The notes under the pieces: generated by a model | What the model saw: the letters and a program-made list of their open reading frames with translations, nothing else | Database searches by the model: none | What the model was told of the DNA's origin: nothing | Position numbers and translations under genes: made by a program | In this document: piece after piece, positions 53,695 to 64,000 of the stretch | How positions within the stretch are numbered: the first letter of the stretch is position 1 | Layout: the number at the start of each line of letters is the position of its first letter | Origin: Lingula anatina | Lineage: Eukaryota; Animalia; Brachiopoda | NCBI GenBank assembly: GCA_051362555.1 | Contig: CM120642.1 | Location: 20,212,001-20,276,000, forward strand | Reading direction: 5' to 3' | Length of the DNA stretch: 64,000 nucleotides

Positions 53695-55051
53695 AAAAAA
53701 CAGCATAAATTCCCTAAGAGTGACCCGATCATGCTGATTTTCGAACTTGACCTGCGTATTATGAATATTCATCAGTTCTGCAAGTTTCAAATCAAAAGGC
53801 AAAATGGTTTTCCACTTATCGTGTTATCGGTAAAAGTGCACGGCGACGGCGACGACGGCGACGACAGACGCAGATGATGGCTATATGTACAGACACATCT
53901 GTGTCTGTACATAAAAACAGCATAAATTCCCTAAAAGTGACCCGATCATGCTAATTTTCGAACTTGACCTGTGTATTATGAATAATCATCAGTTCTGTAA
54001 CTTTCATACCAAAAGGTAAAATGGTTTTTCACTTATCGTGTTATCGGTGCTGCATATATGCTAAAAAAGGGAAAAAACAGCATAACTTCCCTAAAAATGG
54101 CCGATCATGCTGATTTTCGAACTTGACCTGCGTATTATGAATATTCATCAGTTTTGTAAGTTTCAAGCCAAAAGGTATAATGGTTTTCCACTTATCGTGT
54201 TATCGGTGCTGCATATATGCTAAAAAAGGGAAAAAACAGCATAACTTCCCTAAAAATGGCCCGATCACGCTGATTTTCGAACTTGACCTGCGGATTATGA
54301 ATATTCATCAGTTTTTTAAATTGGAATACAAAATGTAAAACGGTATTCCACTTATCGTGTTATCACTGAGTGCACGGCGACGGCGACGGCGACAGCGACG
54401 GCGACGACAGACGCAGGTGACGGCTATATGTACAGACACATCTGTGTCTGTACATAAAAATCCATGTAGCACCAATAAGGTGGTTAGCCCAATTATTCCA
54501 AAATCTGTGCTTGCTATCGGACCACGTGCACCTTCATATATGGCTACCCTCCATAATAATCTCTTAAGAAATGATAAACAACTAACTTTGAGTGTTGCAA
54601 CAAATTCATTAACCATTGGTAAGTATGGAAAATGTTTACCCCAGGAAAATTCTGTTTTATGGCACTTTTCCCACCAAACCAAATTGTTATCCCTTTTTAC
54701 ATTTATAATAAAAAAATTCATAATCAAAAAATGAAGTGATATATTGAATAATAGATTTCTATCATGGCATATTTATATCGGTTCTATTACATTCTTTCAA
54801 AATCTTTAGGAAATAAAATACTTTCTTTTTTTAACACAGACTGTTAAGGTCCACTAAATGCATGTGATGAAATCACTCATTTACATATTATGTTTATACT
54901 TGTAATCAGTCAGCATATTATCATTCACCTTACTTCAGTCTTGAATGAATATTTATCATCCTCTGTATAGGTATACCTGATATGTAGGACTGATATAACT
55001 TTAAAGTAGAAGCCCTCAATTGTTATCTATTGCATTGCAATTAGTATTTAA

Positions 55052-56218
55052 GGTAGTAATTAACAGTAAATTGTCAAAATTTGGGTGTTTTTCTGAATTT
55101 GTCAGTATTAGATAGATGAAATATCAACTACATATCAGCCTATCTTAAAATAATGGAAGTTTACAAATAAACCCGTAATTGTAGCCTAATTGCTGATTTA
55201 CCCCTGTGGTAGCGTGTCTGAGTTTTAAAGTAGGTCACACTTGTCCATATATGTGTTTGATTGGCAGCTCCACTGTGCAGCTGTATATTTCCCCGTACTA
55301 GATTGCTGCTAAGCCTTTCACATTCTGTGAGTAACGTCGCGCTTTCACTTGCCAAACAATACTTTTCATTTTGAATTTATCAGTGAACTTAATTCTGACG
55401 ATCTATTAAAGCTTTAAAAAGCAGACATATAGATGAGACGTATATGGGCAAAGGCACTCCCCCTAGGTGTCACGTGGTGAAGAAGGCTGACGTCACGACT
55501 AACATGGTGGCTGCTGTCAATGCATGGAGGGGGCCTCCGGTTGAAAATGTTCAATAATAATGTTGAAAATGGATGAAAGACATAGTGACAGTTACATAGG
55601 CAGTGAGTAGAGGGCTGAACCAGTATAAATAACTAAATTTCTCAGCTTGCCAATGCAGCTCACTGATTATATAACGTTGGAATCTCCGGGGAGCACTAAA
55701 AGGCTGATTTCTCTGCTTCAGTTTATGGCTTCAAGAGAACGATATAGACCAGTGTCAAAATTAATTAGAACTTTCAACCGATGAAAGCTGGTATTCATTC
55801 GTTAGATCTAAGGTTTGTCTGAAAGTATGTGTCTGGGATTTCATAACATCAGCTCCGTTTTCAACTTAGGCATGCTTTAGTTAGGCTAGGGGGTCTCGTT
55901 GAACTGGAAACCAAGTTTATTTTGATATCTCTGCTAGTTTAACACATATCGCTAATTTGAGGCGCATTCTTGTTGATCCCTATGAGGGCTCACGAGTCAA
56001 GCTGTCTACACATGTCCATTTGTAGTGGACTTCTAGTTTTTAAGGTGTAAAGATCATGTTGAGCACACCTATTAAGCATTATATCTCATTACGTAACGAT
56101 TACATAATAAAATAAGGATATGAAATGAAGAGCTGTTGAAATAAGCTTTCTATTGATATGTAACATGTCGGTATATCTTGGCCGGTTTAGAAGATAGCTA
56201 CCCCTGTTATCTACATCC
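55052..56218. mobile_element. Kolobok-like non-autonomous element
   Basis: TTAA on both sides (55048-55051, 56219-56222). Imperfect TIR GGTAGTAATTAACAG versus GGATGTAGATAACAG (11 of 15), with GG..CC termini. Confidence 0.6.
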
Positions 56219-56748
56219 TTAAATGAGTTGCTGCCACTGTGGCATGCAGATAGATTCTCTGGAGATAGTGTGTATAAAGGCTGAATGCTTGGACTTAATA
56301 AAGGACTTTTAGACTTGGAACTGAATATGTGAGTCTGTGGTTATATTCCCTCTCCCAAGCATCAGTGACAAGTAGAATATTAGAAGAACCTGGGTAGGGT
56401 GGAACATGGACCCCTACAAGACACTGAATGTACTTCAAATTTATGAAAGTTACCGATTTTTCATTTTTTGCATGTAATTTGGCATCATTCACCCTATGAG
56501 TGCCAAACTGTTTGTTTTACTTCAAATTTGCAGAGTAGCTTTGAATGATAAAAGTAAAAACGAGCTATCTGTCAAGCTATCTTTTTTACTGTTCAATAAT
56601 GTTTCTTTGCCATATGTATGATGAAGAAACACATCAACTTTTCTTTTCCCATCTTCTGAAAAGTTAGTCTGTGAAATAAAAAGCAACAAATCCATTGCTT
56701 TTCAAACAACTGTGAACTGCTCTAAAGTCTTAAGGAGGTGTGGTTATG

Positions 56749-58800
56749 TCAGCTTGTGGATGAAATCCTTTGAATGTGTGGTCGTAAGGCTGACATGGTA
56801 ATCAAAATGGCCTCCTGAAATAATAAATAAACAACAATAGGTACATAATTAATTTAAGCAGTGATTTATCTAGACAGAACTTAATATTCATGCTTGGTGT
56901 CAGCAGAGATTTCATATGGTGGATAGGTGTAATCAAATTGTGTGGAACCCTGTGGATTCTCTATTATAATTTTTTTGCCACAATTCTACTTAATTCACTT
57001 ACAGTATGGGTGTTCTTACTAGGAAGTATTTTACATGCATTTTTAAAGCCAAATTTTACATCTAACTTTAAACGCTGTATTTGAGGAGCTGTGATTTATC
57101 TAATTTTCACCCATCAAATCCAATTAACAAATTGAATAAAACCATTAATGGGCAACCTGCCAGTGACCTTTGCTTCTTCCTGCTGTATACATACAATTAC
57201 CACAGTCCACACAGTCGTGCTATATAACTTACCTCAGTTCTTATAGTCCTACTCCCCTGACCAGGGCAAGTGTTAAGATAATGGTCAAACAGCAAACTAG
57301 GGTCCTCTATGTGCAACTTAGTGTCCACCTCTAGACTGGCCTCCAGACCCTGGACACCACCATACACTACAAGTAAGTGTCTGGAATAAAGAGAATGGCC
57401 AAGGAACTGAGTAAAATCATAGGGTGCTGAAAATGTAATTTTGAGGAAAGTGGTATTATATTTCTGTGCTCTCATATCCCAAACAGATACAGCTACAATT
57501 TTTTAATAATTTCAAATTCACAGTGAAAAATGCTTTGTAAAACTGTATCTGCAGATCATAAACTATATGGGACTATTTAACAACAAGCTATGGCTGATTT
57601 GTTGGCATCATAAGAAATGGTTATTTATAGAAAGCTTTACAAAACAATAAATTGGAGTATTTCCAAAATCTGGATTCTCACCTAAAATCCTTCATCTTCA
57701 GAGTGTCCACATTTTCTCCTCTCTCTGAAGTCCCAATCATCAAATCATATCCACCATCATAAGGAGATTCTGTGAACACAGAGCTGAGACTGTCAGCTAG
57801 ACGCACACTGTATCCCCAGTAAAAATCCTCCTCCTGTCTTGGAACAGAAGGGGGGACGACTTTGCCTTTCAGAGTCTTTTTATCTAGGAAAGATAAATTA
57901 GATGAAGTCTGCTACTGAACTATAAAACTACAATCTTCTTTACATAATACCCACTTTTATTAAAGGATGTCTTTCCGCTGTAGACGCTTAAATAGGCCTT
58001 TCTCTGAAACTTTGCCTATTTGATCCTGAACCCCAAAGCATGTCTCACACGAAACCGTTGAGAAAATAAAGGTCGAGGTATAGGTTTTTAAGATCACTTA
58101 AAGAAAAAAAAGCGCAGCATTTTTTTTTTCGTCTAAACTTCTCGCCATTACTCCCCTACGCATGGAATTCTGGGACTTGCCTCAATTTGCATATGACTGA
58201 ATACTACTGTTTACTACGCTCTGGAGAAGACCCGGATGTCACTGCAAACCAAGATGGAGGGTAGTCCGAGTACACGTGAGTTGAAAGAGAGAAGAATAAC
58301 TCTACGGGACAATGAAAAAGGAAATAAAACGGGAAATGCAGAAGCAGAGGATGTTATTTTCATTGGCAGGCCGGTGAGGTAGACAAAGCAGAAGTAGGAA
58401 ATAAAACTGACAAGCGAGAAACTGACAAAATTCTGCTGGATATGGGTAGGTTATTTCGATCTCTTATCACGTCCGACTCTTTCATTGAGAACATATTCAG
58501 GAGGCGGATTTAGGGCGTCTTCTGGTTCTTCCGGAAGACGGTTAGATTTTCAAGTTTTCATTGGCGGGTATATGTAATATTTCTGTCGAAAGGCGGTCAA
58601 AAATGGAGGATGGATCAACATTACTCGGAAGACTGTCAGAATAGATCTATATCTCTGGATCCGCCCCTGTTATCCCTGCTGTACGCAGAAAAGTTTATTA
58701 TTCTTTAGAGCAGTCAGTACAAACAAGGATTGAGCTAAATAGTCTTCTATTAAAGACTGGTTTTTGTCGGCTTACTTAACGTCGTTATATACTCAAGTCC

Positions 58801-58838
<38 letters not shown>

Positions 58839-61800
58839 CAACCTTTCACTATTTACCTTATTTGAATTTAATTTAAATTAAAAGATTTAAAGCGAGCACA
58901 TTAATTGCAGCATCTGATGGTAGTAAATGTTTATTCTCTGTAATGTTTTTAAAGTTGACTTCATGGGGAATCTCTGGAGAATGAGGATAATACACTGGTA
59001 TATATATTTTTTTATCCAGGTAATATGCATGTGGTAACATCTACCCCTACATCAGGTTCAAGGCCAACATAGAGCCAGAGCCAAAGTAAGTACCTGACAC
59101 CCAGAATCCAAACACACAATAGCTGTTTATTTTACCATGTTCAGTACACCTTGCCATCAATATCAATCTAATGCATGTTAGTACTTGGAACAATGCCATT
59201 TTATTATAAAGTTTAACACTGCCATGGCAGCTAGTCCTAGAATTGTGACAAGCACAGGATATCAGTACTTATTGTGGGGAACATTATATAATAAATTGGA
59301 TTTTGAAACAAATAATTTTGATAACCATGCTCTATTCAGTGCTCTTATGTCTGGCGTAGACATTACAGATAGTGGGTGCTATTAATTTCACAAAAAAATG
59401 CATTGAAGTCTTTCCAATAGTCGATGTTTTGTTTTTAGGTATACTAAGCAGCAAAGCAAGCACTCAAAATCATGGATGACAGTAAGACCTCAAGCTGTTA
59501 CATAACAATTAGCACAAATAAAGGTACATTCCAGTCTTACAAACCAGGAATTTGACATGGGAATTACAAGTACACATTTCTAAGCAGCCATGGTGCAGAT
59601 GGAACCAAGAGACTCAAGGCACCGTGGTCCTTATATGTATATAAGATTTTTTTTTTAATCAAAATGATGATTACCTCACATAAACTTTTCTTTTATAAAT
59701 CCATCCAGACATACATTATTTCCTTGTATGACATTAACTTTTAAAATGATTGATTTTATGAACAGATTGTGTACAGAGTTGCATTTTACTTTTGATATGA
59801 GAAAGGGATAAATGAAAGCACCTTGTTTTTCTATGCCTTTATTTTTTATGTTCACTGAATGGTTGCACAAATTACAGTAGAATGAAAAGAATCCTTCTAC
59901 TCAGTGACTTGCATATTACAGGTTTTATGAATGTTTGGTCAGTAAACTGATACTCGTAGTAATAGTTATTCTGTGATTTTCTTCAAAGTGAAGTAATCCA
60001 GCAAATTCAACGGCAGTCAAAATGTAGGGGACATTACAGTGAGTGGGAGATGGGCCAGTCCCATCTCCACTGATGCTGAGTCATTGCTTGGTAAATTCTC
60101 TAGCAAAAGCATCTTTATATCCAGTGCAAGGCCAGGATTTCCATCACACTTGTCACAATGTATTCAGCACTTTCCTTGGCAACACCATCATTTTCTTGGC
60201 AACACCATCATGTATGCTCTGATAATGAAAAAAAATATATTCACTTTTATATCTGTCATTTCTGTTTTGATATGTACAATAGCTTACTTCAAAAATAAAA
60301 TATTTGAAAATGTATGAACACTAAAACAACCATAAGGACTGGATTTCACACCACCAAATTTTATCGAATAAATTTACTTTGAAAATAAGAAGGAATATGA
60401 ATGGTGTTTGTGTATTGTGAGAAACTTAGAATTTATCTTTTCAATAAAGATTTAATGAGTTTTATACCTCTTCTGTGAGTTACTGAATTCTCCTTTCATG
60501 TTCTTGAGTCAATCCTCCTGATCTCACACCTCTTCCAAGCCTTGTACTACTGGACCTAGAAGTGCTATGTATCACTGCCAACTCTACTAAACCTTTATAC
60601 AGGGCTTTTTTTCTAATGAGGCTGACATCACAAGATAGTATGCTGTAAAATAATAATAAAACTAATAATAATAATAATTGTCACTGATTTAATTGCATGC
60701 TAGTAATAATGTTGTGAACTGTTCAAAATGGGTTTCACTTCAATTAATCATTGTCCTGCACTCAAGCGTATCAATTGTTATCCCTAAACTATAAGTTTTT
60801 TGTATGTGTGGATTATTACATGTGAATATAGGTGAGGGTAAGGTGGGTCCTACACATTACTATCAAAACTAAGGAATATGCCAGATTAACTAAAAGGCCT
60901 GTATTATTTAAAAATAACAGAAAACTCTTTACCTCAGGGAGCTCTTTACCCTCTAGTTCTGGACTGCTCTGACTGCTTGCCTCATCAACAATAGGCCTAC
61001 TCTCGATCTGAAAAGTATAAAAACAGATCGACTAGAAAAGCAAGATAAGATACGTGTGTGCGTAGCACAAAATTCAGGCACTCCTATTGACGATTTTGAC
61101 ATCTGCACGATGCTCACCACTACTGCCAGTAAGTATCAAAATCGTCTGGAACGCATTTGTAGTCCGTGCTACGCTGTGCGTGCAAATCGCGATGTCAAAA
61201 TTGCGGCTCAGAAAGCATAGCAAACAACAAAAAAAAGTAACAGTCGTTCATAAATATCCAACCGAAAAGGGCTGGTTCAGTTGACCCGAAAAATATCACT
61301 GTCTCTAATCATGTCACTGGTATATTTCCTGGTACAAGTTACTCATTCGGTGAATCGGCATTGAGAATTACGGCATCAAGCACTGTTGACATAATAGGCT
61401 ACACTCCGTCGTAAATATTTCCAAGCCATTCGTTGATTTTTGGACTATTTTAACCGACGAGAAGTTAAATGAATTCTTTAAATGTTTAAGTGCACAAACC
61501 TGTTCACGAACAATGAAGGGAGAGAGTTTTAACTAACGTGCATCTGTAAACGACTTACTTCGAACTCCACCGCGCCATATTTGTTTCTCCTAGTGTACGA
61601 GCGCTATTTTAGGCAACGCACTCTGATTGGCTAAAACCTTTCGGTAGTCGTCTTCTCTTTTTTGGGGAGAGGACGTTCTCCAATACAGACTCGAATGTGA
61701 AATAATTAATTATTTTGATTGCCGTCTACCTCAAAGGTGAATTTTGGTTTAGATCGTGACCTTCATATATAAGAAAAAGTTTGGGATATGTTTTATTTTC

Positions 61801-62510
61801 CCTCATATCGGAAAGACCCCCTTTAAACATCATTTCAATTTGTCTTATATGTTTGATTGAAGACTACAGCCCAAAGAAATATATAATAGTAAAAAAAATA
61901 CATTATTATCTTTTTGATATCATCTTTTAATTCATAGTTAATAGTGAAAAGAAGTATCTATGTTAAAAATTATATGCTGTTTATACAGAATGATTTCTTT
62001 CAAATATAGAGTCAAATCAGTGGCTTCAGACTTCGCATGTATTCTTATTCTTATTACCTGATTGTGTAGATTTTAATTTCACAGTTACTCTCACACCCAT
62101 TTGTAACTGTAAATCCACCTGACACTCCTGAAAAAAAATGTACACCATCTGAAGATCAATTCACACAACTGTACACAAAATAGCTGTTTTAATTTATAGC
62201 ATGGAAATCATGGCATGCTGTTTCAGTTTCTACTTTTCCTAAGAAGACTACTACAGATCTATCCTGAATTACGAGTCGGAAGTAAACTGAATTTTAGTCA
62301 ATAAGTTTAGGTGAATTTTGGGAGGAGATAGAGAGTGCTGCTGCCGACCAAACAAGTTGGAAAGAGTTTGCCGTCCAATGTCCTACATTGGACAGGAGGA
62401 CCTAAGACTAAGACTAAGTTCTTTGGTGAATATTCTTGTTAGACTTATACCATTACTATTATTATAACAATTATTGATATTAGTACTAATATTACTACTA
62501 CTAATACTAC

Positions 62511-62542
<32 letters not shown>

Positions 62543-63870
62543 TGAGTCACAAACCTTCCTTAACCCAATGTTAACATAGGATCCTTTCCCTTCCTTCACT
62601 GGTTTGTCCAGCACCACGCCTTCCCTGTAGCTACACTCGTCCTCCGCCCGCATGTGATGGGGACAGTCCAGGGGATTCAGGAGACCTGGAAGCAGAAATA
62701 TTTGGCAAACTTCAAGATGCATTTGAAATCAAACTTTTGCCACTGAACCAGACCAAATGCCACTGAATAGTTTCAAAAAGCGTAACTTAAAGAAATACCA
62801 AAGGGTACCTATCATTTCGTATTTTCCAAAAATGATATAGGAACAGTTTGTTGTGCTTTCTTTATGTGGTATAAATATCCCTCAGCAGTCTCTTTGAATA
62901 AGTATGCAGTTGCACACCCAGCTATACATACATACATGTGAGTGATAGTGATGATTATGCAATATACACAGGTCCGTAGTGGACCTTTATGAATTAGGGG
63001 GTCAGAAAAATAGGTCATTCAAATAACAAACACAGATTAAAAGTAGGTGCAGTTTTAATTTAAGCTATTTTTGGCTGAACTCGAGTTTGATTTGGTTTGC
63101 AACTTGGCATGTTGACATTACTTAAGTCATATAAAATCTAGCAGAAGTAGTTTATATGCACATTCCATTACTGGAAATCTACACTTGCTTAATATGCATC
63201 TCACACTTGCTTCATGTGTATCTAAAATTTTATATAAACCCTTTTGATTCACAAGACCCAGAGGCAGAAACATATGGCAATCTTGACATTATACATATTA
63301 CTATATCATTCTGACAGCAGCTAGCATCTAGGGCAGCTGAAAACAGTAAGTCTTGATTCTTTGCAGCAAGAGATAGTGATCTTCCTACACTGCAGTAAAT
63401 CTACATGATTCTAGTACCTGACAAACATAAAAATAAATTGGCTGTTTTTTACAAAAAAGTCATTATCTTGTTTAAAAAATAACAATTTTCTCAAAATTTA
63501 GTAAAAAATTAAAAATTCTATAAGCAATATTTTAGGTAATTTTGAAAACTTAGTCTGCCAACTTTCTGTGTCATCTTTGCTTTCAGCTCTTTTCCTTTAG
63601 TGAAACAGACCAAAGACTCTAACCAGACTCCACTCCAGAATACAAAGACTCACTTTACCAATCAAGATAACTAAAATGCTGTTCTGAAATAAAACAGCTA
63701 GATACAATAGCTAGAAGAAAGATGTCAGACCTGCATACTGTAGATCAGTGTGCTGTGGAAACAGGGACTTTCTCAGGTATTGTGGACACTCCAGGTACTG
63801 CAGTATCCGGGCCAGCTGGACATTAGCGTGTCCCTTCTTACCAACGCCTGTGTATGAACCACTGGTTGTA
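56749..63870 (-). CDS. SPOUT1: SPOUT-domain methyltransferase 1 (C9orf114/CENP-32), last six exons; 5' end lies outside the window
   Basis: Exons 63731-63870, 62555-62685, 62058-62127, 57682-57883, 57233-57380, 56749-56814 join in frame: QLARILQYLECPQYLRKSLFP..LQYAGLLNPLDCPHH..YREGVV..YWGYSVRLA..YDLMIGTSERG..HLLVVYGGVQGLE..NTCPGQGSRTIRTEEAILITMSAL. Confidence 0.96.
57964..61822. mobile_element. 3.86-kb Kolobok-like element in a SPOUT1 intron, internally deleted
   Basis: TTAA TSD at 57960-57963 and 61823-61826. TIR AGGATGTCTTTCCG versus AGGGGGTCTTTCCG (12 of 14). Convergent spliced gene remnants inside. Confidence 0.8.
58498..58669. mobile_element. Small MITE with CAGGGGCGGAT-type termini nested in the Kolobok-like element
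   Basis: CAGGAGGCGGATTTAG...CTGGATCCGCCCCTG; TSD not clear. Confidence 0.6.
62480..62541. repeat. (TAC/TAT)n microsatellite
   Basis: Directly visible just beyond a SPOUT1 donor site. Confidence 0.9.
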
Positions 63871-64000
63871 CTGAAATATATATAACAAAGCTAACTGCAT
63901 TTGGGGGATTCTAAAATGAGGAGATCACAGCTGCGGCATTGTTGAGAATTGACACAAAATACAATGAGATGCTTTTGTTCTGTTATTAAAATAATGCAAT

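Larger units (their letters stand above)
37754..54460 (-). mobile_element. Cluster of nested large HINE/Helentron-like non-autonomous elements (family B) with ~160-bp internal tandem repeats
   Basis: 5' module: TTTTTATGTACAGACACAGATGTGTCTGTACA palindrome plus (GCCGTC)n. 3' module: TGTCTGTACA subterminal IR plus GACAGCTTTGCTGCC hairpin plus TTGT. Minus-strand 3' ends at 37754, 46340 and 49946; 5' ends at ~49785, ~53915 and ~54460. Confidence 0.8.

Noticed and set aside
49556-54734. ORFs in the 160-bp repeats (MLKKVKKQHKFP..., MTCVLRIF...)
   Set aside because: Translations of satellite-like repeat units with frequent frame-breaking indels between copies.
60120-60215. CDKCDGNPGL, resembling a piggyBac C-terminal Cys-rich domain
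   Set aside because: Other conserved Cys/His residues are missing, and the enclosing element has AG..CT rather than CC..GG termini.

Overview
AT-rich, intron-containing animal genomic DNA, probably a marine invertebrate such as a lophotrochozoan (inference from gene families and repeat types). (1) 311-13495 (+): the last 19 exons of a ROCO-like protein with a COR region, two TIR domains, a second COR-like/TORNADO1-like module and a C-terminal CAAX box. (2) 16736-21347 (-): an intron-poor GRL101/RXFP-like LRR-GPCR (CUB, C-type lectin, LDLa, LRR, 7TM) with a frameshift just after TM1. (3) ~25600-35750 (+): a TATA/Inr promoter followed by 9-11 tandem copies of a degenerate exon that appears derived from the TDP-43 (TARDBP) N-terminal-domain exon. 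A recognisable frameshifted TARDBP RRM1 exon with conserved intron positions lies among them. One array unit carries three separate TE insertions, each with a TSD. A rearranged copy of a SPOUT1 exon sits just upstream. (4) 37754-54460: a 17-kb cluster of Helentron/HINE-like elements nested in their own 160-bp repeats. (5) 56749-63870 (-): six 3' exons of SPOUT1 (C9orf114), with a TTAA-flanked Kolobok-like element in one intron. All homology calls come from manual translation and motif recognition; no searches were run.
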